A stretch of 64,000 bases of DNA, taken from the NCBI GenBank assembly GCA_963750545.1, contig CAVVQY010000005.1, positions 4,881-68,880 on the forward strand, in the 5' to 3' direction. Below are positions 47,636 to 57,237 of the stretch, piece by piece. A model generated the notes under the pieces. It did not search any database. It had not been told where the DNA came from and saw only the letters and a list, made by a program, of their open reading frames with translations. A program made the translations under genes and the position numbers. Position 1 is the first letter of the stretch, and the number at the start of each line of letters is the position of its first letter. Origin of the DNA: an uncultured Actinomycetes bacterium. Lineage in GTDB: Bacteria; Actinomycetota; Thermoleophilia; Gaiellales; Gaiellaceae.

Positions 47636-50600
47636 TCAGGCGGCCACGAGACCCGACCCCGGCGCAGCCACCGCGAGGGCGAGCTCGATCGCCTCATCGG
47701 GCGGCTCGGCGCGCCCGGCGACCCACTCGACCGTGAAGCTGCTCCTCGCCGAGACTCGTCCGAACCGGCGGAACGAACTGCTCGTTCAACGCCACCTCGA
47801 TCGAGGTCGGCGTCGCGCCGATCGTCTCGAGCAGCGCCTCGGAGGCGCCGAACAGGCGCGCGGCCTGCGCGCCGTCGCTCCCGGTCGCGATGACCGCGCC
47901 GAGGCCCTGGAGGCACTCGGCGGCGACGCGCTTGTCGCCGCGCTCCTTCGCCAGCTTGAGCCCGTCGGCGAAGAGCTTTGCGGCCTCGGCGGCGTCGCCC
48001 CCGTCGAGAAGCGCGACGCGGCCGAGGTTCGTGAGCGCGAGCGACATGCTCCAGGTGTCGCCCAGCTCGCGCGCGAGCGCGAAGCCCTCCTGGAGGTGGG
48101 CCGTCGCGTTCTCGTAGTCGCCCCGCGTGAGCTCGGCGCGGCCGAGCGTGAGCACGGAGTTCGCGATCAGCCGCTTGTCGCCGAGCTCGCGGCGCAGCGC
48201 AAGGCTCTGCTCGTAGAGCTCGTTCGCGGTCGCCTCGTCGCCCTCCTCGGCCGAGAGCTCGGCAAGGATGTTGAGCGAGCCCGACTGCACGAGCTTGTCG
48301 CCGATCGACCGCGCCAGCTCGAGCGCCCGGCCGGCGAGCTCGCGTGCCCGCTCGCCGTGGGCCTCCTCGTACTGGCCGCGCGTCATCACGAGCCAGCCGA
48401 TCTGCTGGAGCGCCTGCGCCTCGAGGCGCGTCGTCGCCGGCCTGCGCGAGCGAGCTCGAGGCTCTGCTCGAAGCACGGCTTCGCCTGCGGGTAGTCGCCC
48501 TGACCGAGCGCCGCGAAGCCGGCGGCGAAGTGCGCCTTGCGCGAGCACGGCCGGCTCGACGCCCTCGGAGGCGGCGAGCGCCTCGGCCAGCCAGCGGCGG
48601 CCCTCGGTCATCAGGCCGCGGATGCTCCAGAAGCGGACGAGCGCGCCGGCGAGCCGCAGCCCGAGCTCGACCTGGCCGGACTCGAACGACCAGGCGAGCG
48701 CGGCGCGGATGTTGTCGTTCTCCTCGCTCAGCCGCTCGAGCCACACTGCCTGGCCTGCGCGGGTCAGCTCGGGCTCGGCGGTCTCGGCGAGCTCGACGTA
48801 GCGGTTCAGGTGCCGGTTGCGCGCGTCCTCGAGCTGGCCCTGCTCCGAGAGGCGCTCGAGCGCGTACTCGCGGATCGTCTCGAGCATCTTGAACCGCGGC
48901 TCGCCCTCGGCGCTCTCGCCCTGGCGGACGAGGCCGTTGTCGACGAGCGCCGCGACGCCGTCCAGCACCTCGCCGAACTCGAGCCCGAGCGGCTAGCCCG
49001 GCGACCGTCTCGGCCGTCTCGAGCGACGCCCCGCCGACGAAGACGCCGAGGCGCGCGAAGAGCGACTTGCCGAGGTCGTCGAGCAGGTTGTAGCTCCACT
49101 CGATCGCGTCGCGGAGCGAGTCCTGCCCGCCGCCGCCGCCGGTGAGGAACGACGAGGCGCTTCTCGCCGAGGCGGGCGACGATCTGCTCCGGCGTCATCA
49201 GCTTGACGCGCGCCGCCGCCAGCTCGATCGCGAGCGGGATGCCCTCGAGCCGGCGGCAGATCTCGGCGACGGCCTCGAGGTTGTCGTCGGTCAGCTCGAA
49301 GCTCGGCTTGGCCTCCTGCGCCCGCTCGACGAACAGCTGCACGGCGGCCGAGTCGGCGGCTCGCGGCCCCCACCGTGGGCACGTCGAGCGGCGGCACTGC
49401 GTACTCGCGCTCGCCGCGGACGCGAAGCGGCGTCCGGCTCGTCGCGATGATCTTCAGGCTCGGGCACCGCGGCGAGCAGCTCGCCGACCAACGCCGCCGC
49501 CGGCAGCACTTGCTCGAAGTGGTCGAGCACGATCAGCGTCGTCCGGTCGCCGAGACGCTCGGCGATCGCGTCGACGAGCGGCCGGTTCGGCGCCTCGCGG
49601 ACACCGAGCACGTCCGCGATCGCCGAGCCGACGAGGTCAGGATCCTGCACCGGCGACGAGGTCGACGAAGTGGACCTCTCGCGAACTCCTCCTGCAGCTT
49701 CGTCGCCGCCTCGAGCGCGAGGCGCGTCTTGCCCGTGCCGCCGAGCCCGGTCAGCGTGACGAGTCGCGCGGCGGGCTGCTCGATCAGCGAGATGACCTCG
49801 CGCAAGCTCATCGTCGCGCCCGACCAGCGGCGTCGCGAGCACCGGCAGGTTCGAGCCGGGCCGCGGCAGCCGGCGGCTCGTCGGCGAGGAGCGCAGTCGC
49901 GACCGAGACCGCAGCCGCGGCTGCCGCCGAGCGCGGCGCGCGCGGCCTCGATCATCTCGCGGCAGGTCGGGAAGCGCTCAGCCGGTGACTTCGCCATCGC
50001 GCGCGCGATCACCGCGTCGAGCGCCTCGGGCAGATCGGGCCGGACCTTCGACACCGCCGGAGGCGGCTCGGTGATGTGCGCGAACATCACCGCCACGTCG
50101 GTGTCGCGCTCGTAGGGCTTCTTGCCCGGTCAGCGCCTCGTAGAGGACGCCGCCGAAGGCGTAGATGTCCGCGGCGTTCGTGATCTCCTTGGCCTCGATC
50201 TGCTCGGGCGCCGCGTAGTCGACCGTGCCGACGAACACGCCCGCCTGCGTCAGCCCGCGCTCGCTGCGCCGCCGCTCTGCTTCGCGATCCCGAAGTCCAT
50301 CAGGTAGATGCGCCCCGACTCGTCCTCGATCATCACGTTCGCGGGCTTCACGTCGCGGTGGATCACCTCGCGCTGTGGGCCGCGTCGAGCGCACCCGCGA
50401 CCTGCTCGAGGATCGACAGCGCCTCGTGCGGGTCGTGGGTGCCGCCCTCCTTGATCAGCTTCTCGAGGTCGGGGCCCTTCACGTAGCGCATGGCGATGTA
50501 GACGAGGCCCTCGTGGTCGCCCGCGTCGTAGATCGGGATGATGTTCGGGTGGTCGATCGAGGCGACCGTCTGCGACTCGCGGATGAAGCGCTCGCGGAAG

Positions 50601-50866
50601 TCGGCGCCGCCGCCGAGCTCGGGCGCGAGGGTCTTCAGCGCCGCCTTGCGCCGGAGCAGCAGGTGCTCGGCCTCGTAGACGAAGCCCATGCCGCCGCGCC
50701 CGAGCAGGCCGGTGACGCGGTAGCCGGCGAGGACGGAGTCGGCCTCGAGCGCGCCGCTCACGTCGAGCTCGATTCGGATCCAGGAGCGGCCGAGCGAGTG
50801 CGGTAGGGCGCGTCCCGGCTGCAGCGCCGCGTCGTCTATCGAACCCACGCTCTGAATCGCGCTCAT
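47636..50866 (-). CDS. Ser/Thr protein kinase fused to a STAND/NB-ARC-like P-loop NTPase and C-terminal TPR repeats (~1075 aa); many frame shifts as sequenced
   Basis: The kinase is in ORF 50363..50938 (YRVTGLLGRGGMGFVYEAEH...AALKTL...SIDHPNIIPIYDAG), ORF 49978..50394 (VGTVDYAAPEQIEAKEITNAADIYAFGGVLYEALTG) and ORF 49533..50096. The NTPase carries LVTLTGLGGTGKTRLALEAA, TLIVLDHFEQVLPAA and LFVERAQEAKPSFELTDDNLEAVAEICRRLEGIPLAIELAAARVK (ORF 48806..49342). The TPR region is in ORF 47694..48968 (RFKMLETIREYALERL...NLGRVALLDGGDAAEA...). ATG at 50866; inferred stop at 47636. Confidence 0.8.
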
Positions 50867-51025
50867 GAGAAGGACCCCACGACCGTTCGCACCTCCCCCG
50901 ATCTCAGCTGCACCGCCGATCGGACCCCGAGGACGCATCCTACTGCCGAAACACGCGTCGATTGGACTGGCTCGCGAGCCGCTCCGGAAACGCGCGCCGC
51001 GACCGGGAAACCGGGATCGGCCGCC

Positions 51026-51871
51026 CTATCCGGCGGTCTGAGCGAGCCGTTCGCCGTACTCGACCGCCGTCTGCGGCCGTTGCTGCGGATCCTTCGCGAG
51101 CGCGCTGAGCACAGCTGCCTCGAACTCGGGCGAGAGGTCGTCGCGGAACTCGGAAAGCGCGGGCGGCGGCTCGGCGACGTGCGCGAGGCCGACCTGGATG
51201 CCCTCCTTGTCGCCGAACGGCGGCTGGCCGGCGATGCACTCGTAGACGGTGCAGCCGAGCGCGTAGATGTCGGTCGCGGGCGACGCCGGCTCGCCCTTGA
51301 CGAGCTCGGGCGCGAGGTAGTCGAGCGTCCCCATCACCTGGCCGGGCTTGGTCAGCACGGTGTAGGCGCGACCCTTCGCGAGCCCGAAGTCGGTGAGCAT
51401 CGCCGTCCCGGTCGAGTCGATGATGATGTTCGACGGCTTGAGGTCGCGGTGGACGATGCCCGCCTCGTGCAGCGCCTGCAGCCCCGCGCCCACGTGCTGC
51501 GTGTACTTGGCGGTGTCCGCGATCTCGAGCGGGCCGTCGTCGAGCATCTCGTCGAGCGTCTTGCCGTCGATGTACTTCGACGCGAGGAAGCGGCGCCCGT
51601 CGGCCTGGCCGGCCTCGAGCACCGGCACGAGGTGCGGCTCGGTCACCTCGGCCGCGGCGCGCGCCTCCTGCTCGAAACGCCGGCCGAAGACCGGGTCCTC
51701 GATCAGCTCGAACCGCATCACCTTGAGCGCGACGACGGCGCCGTCGGACTCGCGGACGGCCTTGAAGACGAGGCCCATCCCGCCCTCGCCGAGCAGCTCG
51801 TCGAGCTTGTACGGACCGAGGGTGTCGCCGGGCTGGAGCTCGCGGCCGGGGGTCTCGCTCATGAACGACAT
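51026..51871 (-). CDS. Stand-alone Ser/Thr protein kinase (Hanks-type catalytic domain only, ~281 aa), intact
   Basis: Within ORF 51026..52018, with the likely ATG at 51871 (MSFMSETPG...). Motifs are LGEGGMGLVFKA, VALKVM, IVHRDLKPSNIIID, LTDFGLAK, GTLDYLAPE and DIYALGCTVYECIAGQPPF. Confidence 0.85.
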   Translation of the reverse strand: MSFMSETPGRELQPGDTLGPYKLDELLGEGGMGLVFKAVRESDGAVVALKVMRFELIEDPVFGRRFEQEARAAAEVTEPHLVPVLEAGQADGRRFLASKYIDGKTLDEMLDDGPLEIADTAKYTQHVGAGLQALHEAGIVHRDLKPSNIIIDSTGTAMLTDFGLAKGRAYTVLTKPGQVMGTLDYLAPELVKGEPASPATDIYALGCTVYECIAGQPPFGDKEGIQVGLAHVAEPPPALSEFRDDLSPEFEAAVLSALAKDPQQRPQTAVEYGERLAQTAG

Positions 51872-52017
51872 GGCGGGAGGATATGTACCGCCGTCGGGTC
51901 GGGCAAACGGCCACCGGCGGCCTGCGCGAATTCGGGCCGGAGACACGCGAAGACCCGTGACGGCGAATCGCGATCTCGAACCATCTAGTACGCTCCGAGC
52001 CCTCCACGGGAGTGGCA

Positions 52018-52751
52018 ATGCGCGTCGGCTTCATCTCGGACATCCACGGCAACCTGCTCGCGCTCGACGCCGTCCTCGCCGACCTCGAACAGCAGGACGT
52101 CGACCGCGTCGTCTGCCTCGGCGACATCTGCTTCGGGCCGCAGGCGCACGAGTGCCTCGAGCGGGTGCGCGGAGCTCGGCTGCCCGGTCGATCCTCGGCA
52201 ACTGGGACTCGTGGTCGATCGACGGCTTCCCGCCGGCCGACGATCCCGGTCGGGATCATGCTCTACGAGATCGGCCGCTGGTGGGCGAAGCTCCTGACCG
52301 CGGACGACGACGCGTTCGTGCGCACGTTCGTGCCGACGCTCGAGGTGCCGCTCGAGAACGGGTCGACGGCTGCTCTGCTTCCACGGCTCGCCGCACTCGT
52401 TCTCGGACTGGATCTTCTCGACAACGCCCGACGACGACGTCGAGAAGATGTTCGCGGGGTTCGAGGCGCCGGTGCTCGTCGGCGGCCACACGCACCTGCA
52501 GATGCTGCGCCGGTTCGGGCCGTCGGTGATCGTCAACCCGGGCAGCGTCGGCCAGCCGTTCAGCCAGTGGTGGCCGCAGGGAGATCCGCGTCGCGCACTG
52601 GGCCGAGTACGGCGTGATCGACAGCGCGGGCGGCCGCGTGAAGATCGACCTGCGGCGGATCCCCTACGACGTCGACGGCCTGCTCGAGCTGCTGCGCGGG
52701 AGCGACATGCCGCACTGCTCCTGGTGGATCGACTCCTGGAACGCCTGCTAG
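52018..52751 (+). CDS. Metallophosphoesterase (calcineurin-like, YfcE/MJ0936-type) family protein; frame disrupted as sequenced
   Basis: MRVGFISDIHGNLLALDAVLADLEQQDVDRVVCLGDICFGPQ is in ORF 52012..52617. VILGNWDSW comes from hand translation. FEAPVLVGGHTHLQMLRRFGPSVIVNPGSVGQPF is in ORF 52448..52804. The inferred end is ...SWWIDSWNAC* (TAG 52749-52751). Confidence 0.7.
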
Positions 52752-52758
52752 ACGGCCG

Positions 52759-53791
52759 CTACGGGAGGATCAGCTGGCTGTCGCCGAACTCGTGCCAGAG
52801 GTAGCCGCGCTCGAGCGCCGCGAGGTACGACCGTTCGAGCAGCTCCTCCCCGGCGGCGGCTTCGAGCAGTTCGAGATGCGACGCTCGCGGCTCGTGCCAG
52901 CCGGTCAACAGGCCGTCGACCGCGCTCAGGCCGGCGTCCGGCGTGACGACCAGTGACGTCCAGCCTTCGTCCGGCTCGACGGTGCCGTCCCGCGCTGCGA
53001 CGGTCTCGAGCGCGCGCACGACCGTCGTGCCGACGGCGACGACGCGCCCACCCCAGCCGCGGGCGGCGTTGACGAGCTGCGCGGTGTGCGCGGGCACGCG
53101 GTACCACTCGGGGTACGGCAGCTCGCCGCTCTCCAGCGATGACACGCCCGTGTGGAGCGTGAGCGGAGCGACGAGAACGCCCTTGGCGACGAGCCGTGTC
53201 AGCAGCTCGCGCGTGAACGGGCGCCCTGCGCTCGGAGGCTCGACGCTCCCGGGCTCGAGCGCGTAGACGTTCTTGTAGGTCTCGAGCGGCCAGGGCCTCG
53301 ACACATAGCCGTAGCGAATCGGCCTACCGTGCTCGGCGAGGTACCGGTCGAGCTGCTTCGGCAGACGGAAGTCGGCGACCCACAGTCGCCTGCTGTGCGC
53401 GTAACGGCTCAGGAGCTCGGCATGCGCGCCGTTCGGCAGAGTGAGGCGCTCGCCCTCTTCTCCGCCGGTGAAGCGCGCGGGGCCTAGCCGAAGCTCGACC
53501 AGCCAGCGACCGTCCGGCATCGGCGTCGAGAGACGTAGCTCGAGCGCCGTGCCGTCCGGTCGACTGGCAGGGAGCGCCGCAGGAATCTGGGCCGAAACGT
53601 TGACCACGAGCACGTCACCGGCGGAGAGGAAGCGCGGCAGCTCGTTGAAGCGGGCGTGGATCAGTTTCCCGTCGCTGCGGGTCGCGACCATGAGCCGGAC
53701 CTCGTCACGGGCGAGGCCACGCGCCTCCGGCGGCTCGTGCGCTTCGCACGCCTGCGGGCACCTCGAAGTCGAAGGCGACGACCGCGGCCAT
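52759..53791 (-). CDS. queA: S-adenosylmethionine:tRNA ribosyltransferase-isomerase (queuosine biosynthesis); one frame shift near the 5' end
   Basis: ORF 52759..53691 gives LSAGDVLVVNVSAQIPA...YKNVYALEPGSVEPPSAGRPFTRELLTRLVAKGVLVAPLTLHTGVSS...RVVAVGTTVVRALE...DGLLTGWHEPRASHLELLEAAAG...YLWHEFGDSQLILP. The N-terminal extension MAAVVAFDFEVPAG starts at the ATG at 53791 after one shift. Confidence 0.8.
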
Positions 53792-53873
53792 CGCCCTTAG
53801 CCTCTCCGAAAGAGGCGCCGAGAGAACCCGCGCACCGAGCCCCAGCTCCAGCCGTGCCGCACGCGAAGCGCGG

Positions 53874-54560
53874 TCACGCCTCGACCCGGACGAGGTCGCG
53901 GGTGCGGTAGCGACCGCTCGGCAGGTCGCCCTGGATCAGCGCGATGAGGCCCGGGACGGATTCCTCCGGCTCCGGCCGGTCGGAGATGTCCTCGCCCGGA
54001 AACGCCTCCTGGTGGAGCCGCGTTCGCATGTCGCCCGGGTCGACGGTGTAGACGAGCAGCTCGGGGTGCTCAGCCGCGAGCACGTTCCCGAGCTGCTCGA
54101 GCGCCGCCTTCGAGGAGCCGTAACCCCCCCAGCCCGCGTACGGCTCCACGGCGGCATCTGACGTCACGTTGACGATCCGGCCGCCGGGCGGCAGCTGCGG
54201 GACCGCGAGCTGGATCAGTGCGAGCGGCGCAAGGACGTTCACCTCGTAGACGCGCTCGAGCTCGTGCGAGCGGATAGGTCGCGAGCGGAGGCTGCGGGCT
54301 CGGCCCGAGCACGCTCGCGTTGTTCACGAGCACGTCGAGCCGGCCGGCCAGCGCCATCGAGCCGGCGCCGGTGCGCGTCGTCGGCGACGTCGCCCGGCAA
54401 GCGCGACGACGTCGGTCCGCTGCGCGAGCTCCGCGCGCGCCTTCTCGAGCGCGTCGGCTTCGCGCGCGTCGATCACGAGCCGCCAGCCGGCGGCGGCGAG
54501 CTCACGCGCGAGCGCGAGTCCGAGGCCTCGCGAAGCCCCGGTGATCAGTGCGGTCGGCAT
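53874..54560 (-). CDS. SDR-family oxidoreductase; frame disrupted as sequenced
   Basis: MPTALITGASRGLGLALARELAAAGWRLVIDAR is in ORF 54324..54560. LDVLVNNASVLGP is in ORF 54070..54357. IVNVTSDAAVEPYAGWGGYGSSKAALEQLGNVLAAE...VYTVDPGDMRT is in ORF 53874..54242. Confidence 0.75.
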
Positions 54561-54622
54561 CAGGCCCTGAACGCTATGGGCGCACCAGGGTCTCGACGCA
54601 ATCGGACCTTGGTCCTACGACC

Positions 54623-55266
54623 TCAGCACTCGGTGATACCCTCGCGCACCGCGAGCAGCGCCGCCTGCGTGCGGTCGGTGACGCCGAGCTTCGCGAGGAT
54701 GTGGCCGACGTGCGCCTTCACGGTCTTCTCGGAGAGGCCGAGCTCGCGCGGCGATCCGCTTGTTCGACATGCCGCGGCAGACGCATCGCCAGCACCTCGA
54801 GCTCGCGCGGGGTCAGCGCCTGCGATCCGTGTGGAGATCTGGCGAGCGCGTCGAGGAGGCGCCCGGCGGCCTTCGGGTCGATCACGGCCTCGCCCTCGTG
54901 AGCCGCCCGGATCGCCCGGACGACCTCGTCGCGGCTCGGCCGACTTGAGGATGTAGCCGGACGCGCCCGCGCGCACCGCGGGCAGGAGCTTCTCGTCGTC
55001 GCCGAAGCTCGTCAGCACGATCACACGGCGTCTGCGCACGTTGCGGCGCGGATGCGCTGCATCGCCTCGACGCCGTCGAGCTTCGGCATCACGAGGTCCA
55101 TCAGGACGACGTCGGGCGCGAGCCGCTCTGCCTCGGCGACCGCCTCCTCGCCGTCGCCCGCCTCGCCGATCACCTCGATCCCCTCCTGGAGGCGCAGGAA
55201 GGTTCGCAGCCCTTCACGGACGACCGCGTGGTCGTCCACCACGAGGACACGGATCGAGCTAGGCAA
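54623..55266 (-). CDS. LuxR/NarL-family two-component response regulator; frame disrupted as sequenced
   Basis: The receiver domain IRVLVVDDHAVVREGLRTFLRLQEGIEVIGEAGDGEEAVAEAERLAPDVVLMDLVMPKLDGVEAMQRIR is in ORF 55021..55266. VIVLTSFGDDEKLLPAVRAGASGYILKS and the HTH ELGLSEKTVKAHVGHILAKLGVTDRTQAALLAVREGI are in ORF 54623..55039. Confidence 0.8.
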
Positions 55267-56398
55267 CCGGCGCCTCCAGCCGCACGATTGTCCCGGCCCC
55301 GGCGGTCGAGGTGATCGCGAGCTCCCCGTCGAGGCGGCGCGCGCGCTCCTCCATCGAGGAGAGGCCGAGCCGCCGGCCGCGCACGGCGGTCGCCTGCGGG
55401 TCGAAGCCGATGCCGTCGTCGCGGACCTCGAGCACGATCTGGCCGTCGACCGTCTGGAGGTGGAGGACGATCCTCGTCGCGCCCGAGTGGCGAATTGCGT
55501 TTTGCAACGCCTCCTGCGCGATCCGGAGCAACTCTCGGTCTCGACTCGCGTCGGCCGGGGGCTCTCCGTCGAGCTCGAGCTCGACGTCGGGCGCGCCTCC
55601 CTGCACGCGGCGAAGCACCTCGACGTGCTTGCGCAGAGTGCCGGCGAGCCCGTCGCGCTCGAGCTCGGGCGGCCGCAGTTCGAGGATCAGGTAGCGGAGT
55701 TCCTCGAGCGCCTCCTGCGACAGCTGCCGCAGCCGGTCGACCTGAGCCCGCGCCGCCTCCTCGTCGACCCCGAGCAATGCATCGGCCGACTCGGCGGCCA
55801 GCGCGAGCGCGAAGAGCTTCTGGCTGATCACGTCGTGCAACTCGAGGGCGAGGCGGTTCCGCTCGTCGAGGATCGAGAGCTCGCGGCTTCGCTCGTACAG
55901 ACGTGCGTTCGTCACTGCGATCGCCGCGTGGGCTGCGAGCAACTCGATCAGCTCCTGGTCGGCGGGCGAGAACTCGGGTGCGTCCTCCTTGTCTGTGAGG
56001 TAGAACGCGCCGATCACCTCTCCGCCAGCACAGATCGGAACGCCCAGAAAGGAACGCATGTCGGGATGCCCTTCCGGCCACCAGCCGCGGAACCGCGGGT
56101 CGCGCTGGATGTCGGCCGTGCGGTACGAGTCAGAACCTTCGAGCATCGCGCCGAGCAGCCCGTGCGTCTCGGGCAACTGGCCGAGCCGCGAGATCAGCTC
56201 CTCACTCATTCCCGCCGTGAGGAACTGGGCGAAGCCGCCGTCCCCGTTAGGAATCCCGAGAGCAGCGTATTTCGCGTGTACGAGGCCGCGTGAGACGTCC
56301 ACGAGTCGCTGGAGCACCTGCTCGACACCGAGGTTCGACGCTACCGCCAGCACCGCGTCGCTCATCTCGCGCAGCGCAGGACTGAATCCCTCGGACAT
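55259..56398 (-). CDS. GAF-domain sensor histidine kinase (HisKA_3 / NarX-DevS-like), 379 aa, intact
   Basis: ORF 55259..56398. The GAF domain reads LQRLVDVSRGLVHAKYAALGIPNGDGG...SFLGVPICAGGEVIGAFYLTDKE. The H-box is ERNRLALELHDVISQKLFAL. The ATPase part reads LRIAQEALQNAIRHSGA...LEVRDDGIGF...GLSSMEERARRLDGELAITSTAGAGT. It overlaps the response-regulator start by 8 nt. Confidence 0.9.
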   Translation of the reverse strand: MSEGFSPALREMSDAVLAVASNLGVEQVLQRLVDVSRGLVHAKYAALGIPNGDGGFAQFLTAGMSEELISRLGQLPETHGLLGAMLEGSDSYRTADIQRDPRFRGWWPEGHPDMRSFLGVPICAGGEVIGAFYLTDKEDAPEFSPADQELIELLAAHAAIAVTNARLYERSRELSILDERNRLALELHDVISQKLFALALAAESADALLGVDEEAARAQVDRLRQLSQEALEELRYLILELRPPELERDGLAGTLRKHVEVLRRVQGGAPDVELELDGEPPADASRDRELLRIAQEALQNAIRHSGATRIVLHLQTVDGQIVLEVRDDGIGFDPQATAVRGRRLGLSSMEERARRLDGELAITSTAGAGTIVRLEAPVA

Positions 56399-56466
56399 CT
56401 CGTTTCAAGCGTACGTGACGCTGGAAACGGGACGGGCCGACTCGTAGGATCACCGGCGGGGCCCTC

Positions 56467-57198
56467 TTGCGTATCGCTGTCATCTCTGACATCCACGGCA
56501 ACTGGCACGCGTTCGACGCCGTTCTCGCCGACGCCGATCAGGAGCAGGTGGACGAGCTCTGGTGCCTGGGCGACATCGTCGGTTACGGCCCGCAGCCGAA
56601 CCGCTGCGTCGAGGCGGCCCGCACGCGGTCGGCGATCTGCCTGCTCGGAAATCACGATCTTGCCGCCCTCGGGCAGGTCGACCTGGCGGGCTTCTCGCCC
56701 GATGCCGCCGTGAGTGCGCGCTGGACGATCGACGAGCTCGAGCCGGATGCCCTCGCCTTTCTCGAGACGCTCGAGCCAAAGGGCGAGCGGGAGGGTGTCC
56801 AGCTCTTCCACGCGAGCCCGCGCGACCCGGTCTGGGAGTACGTCCTCAGCGAGTCGGCCGTGCGGAACGCGCTCGAGCTGACGACGGCAGGGCTCGTGCT
56901 CGTGGGTCACAGCCACATTCCGATCGCGCTCCTGCTCTCGAACGGCGATACGCTCGCGGGCGGGCTCGCGAAGGGCGGCAGCGAGATCGAGTTGACCGAG
57001 GGCCGCTGGCTGCTGAACCCCGGCTCGGTCGGGCAGCCTCGCGACGGCGATCCTCGGGCGGCCTACCTGCTGATCGATCTCGAGACCCGGCACGCCCACT
57101 TCCGCCGCGTCCCGTACGACATCGAGGCGACCCAGAGCGAGATCCGCGAGGCCGGGCTGCCCGAGGCGTTGGCCGAGCGGCTCGCCGAAGGCGAGTAG
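56467..57198 (+). CDS. Metallophosphoesterase family protein (paralogue of 52018..52751), 243 aa, intact
   Basis: ORF 56467..57198 gives MRIAVISDIHGNWHAFDAVLAD...LWCLGDIVGYGPQPN...CLLGNHDLAA...LVLVGHSHIPI...LLNPGSVGQPRDGDPRAAYLLIDL. Confidence 0.85.
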   Translation: MRIAVISDIHGNWHAFDAVLADADQEQVDELWCLGDIVGYGPQPNRCVEAARTRSAICLLGNHDLAALGQVDLAGFSPDAAVSARWTIDELEPDALAFLETLEPKGEREGVQLFHASPRDPVWEYVLSESAVRNALELTTAGLVLVGHSHIPIALLLSNGDTLAGGLAKGGSEIELTEGRWLLNPGSVGQPRDGDPRAAYLLIDLETRHAHFRRVPYDIEATQSEIREAGLPEALAERLAEGE

Positions 57199-57237
57199 TC
57201 GACCGGGATTCCGGCTCCAGCCCCGGCCGGACGTAAC

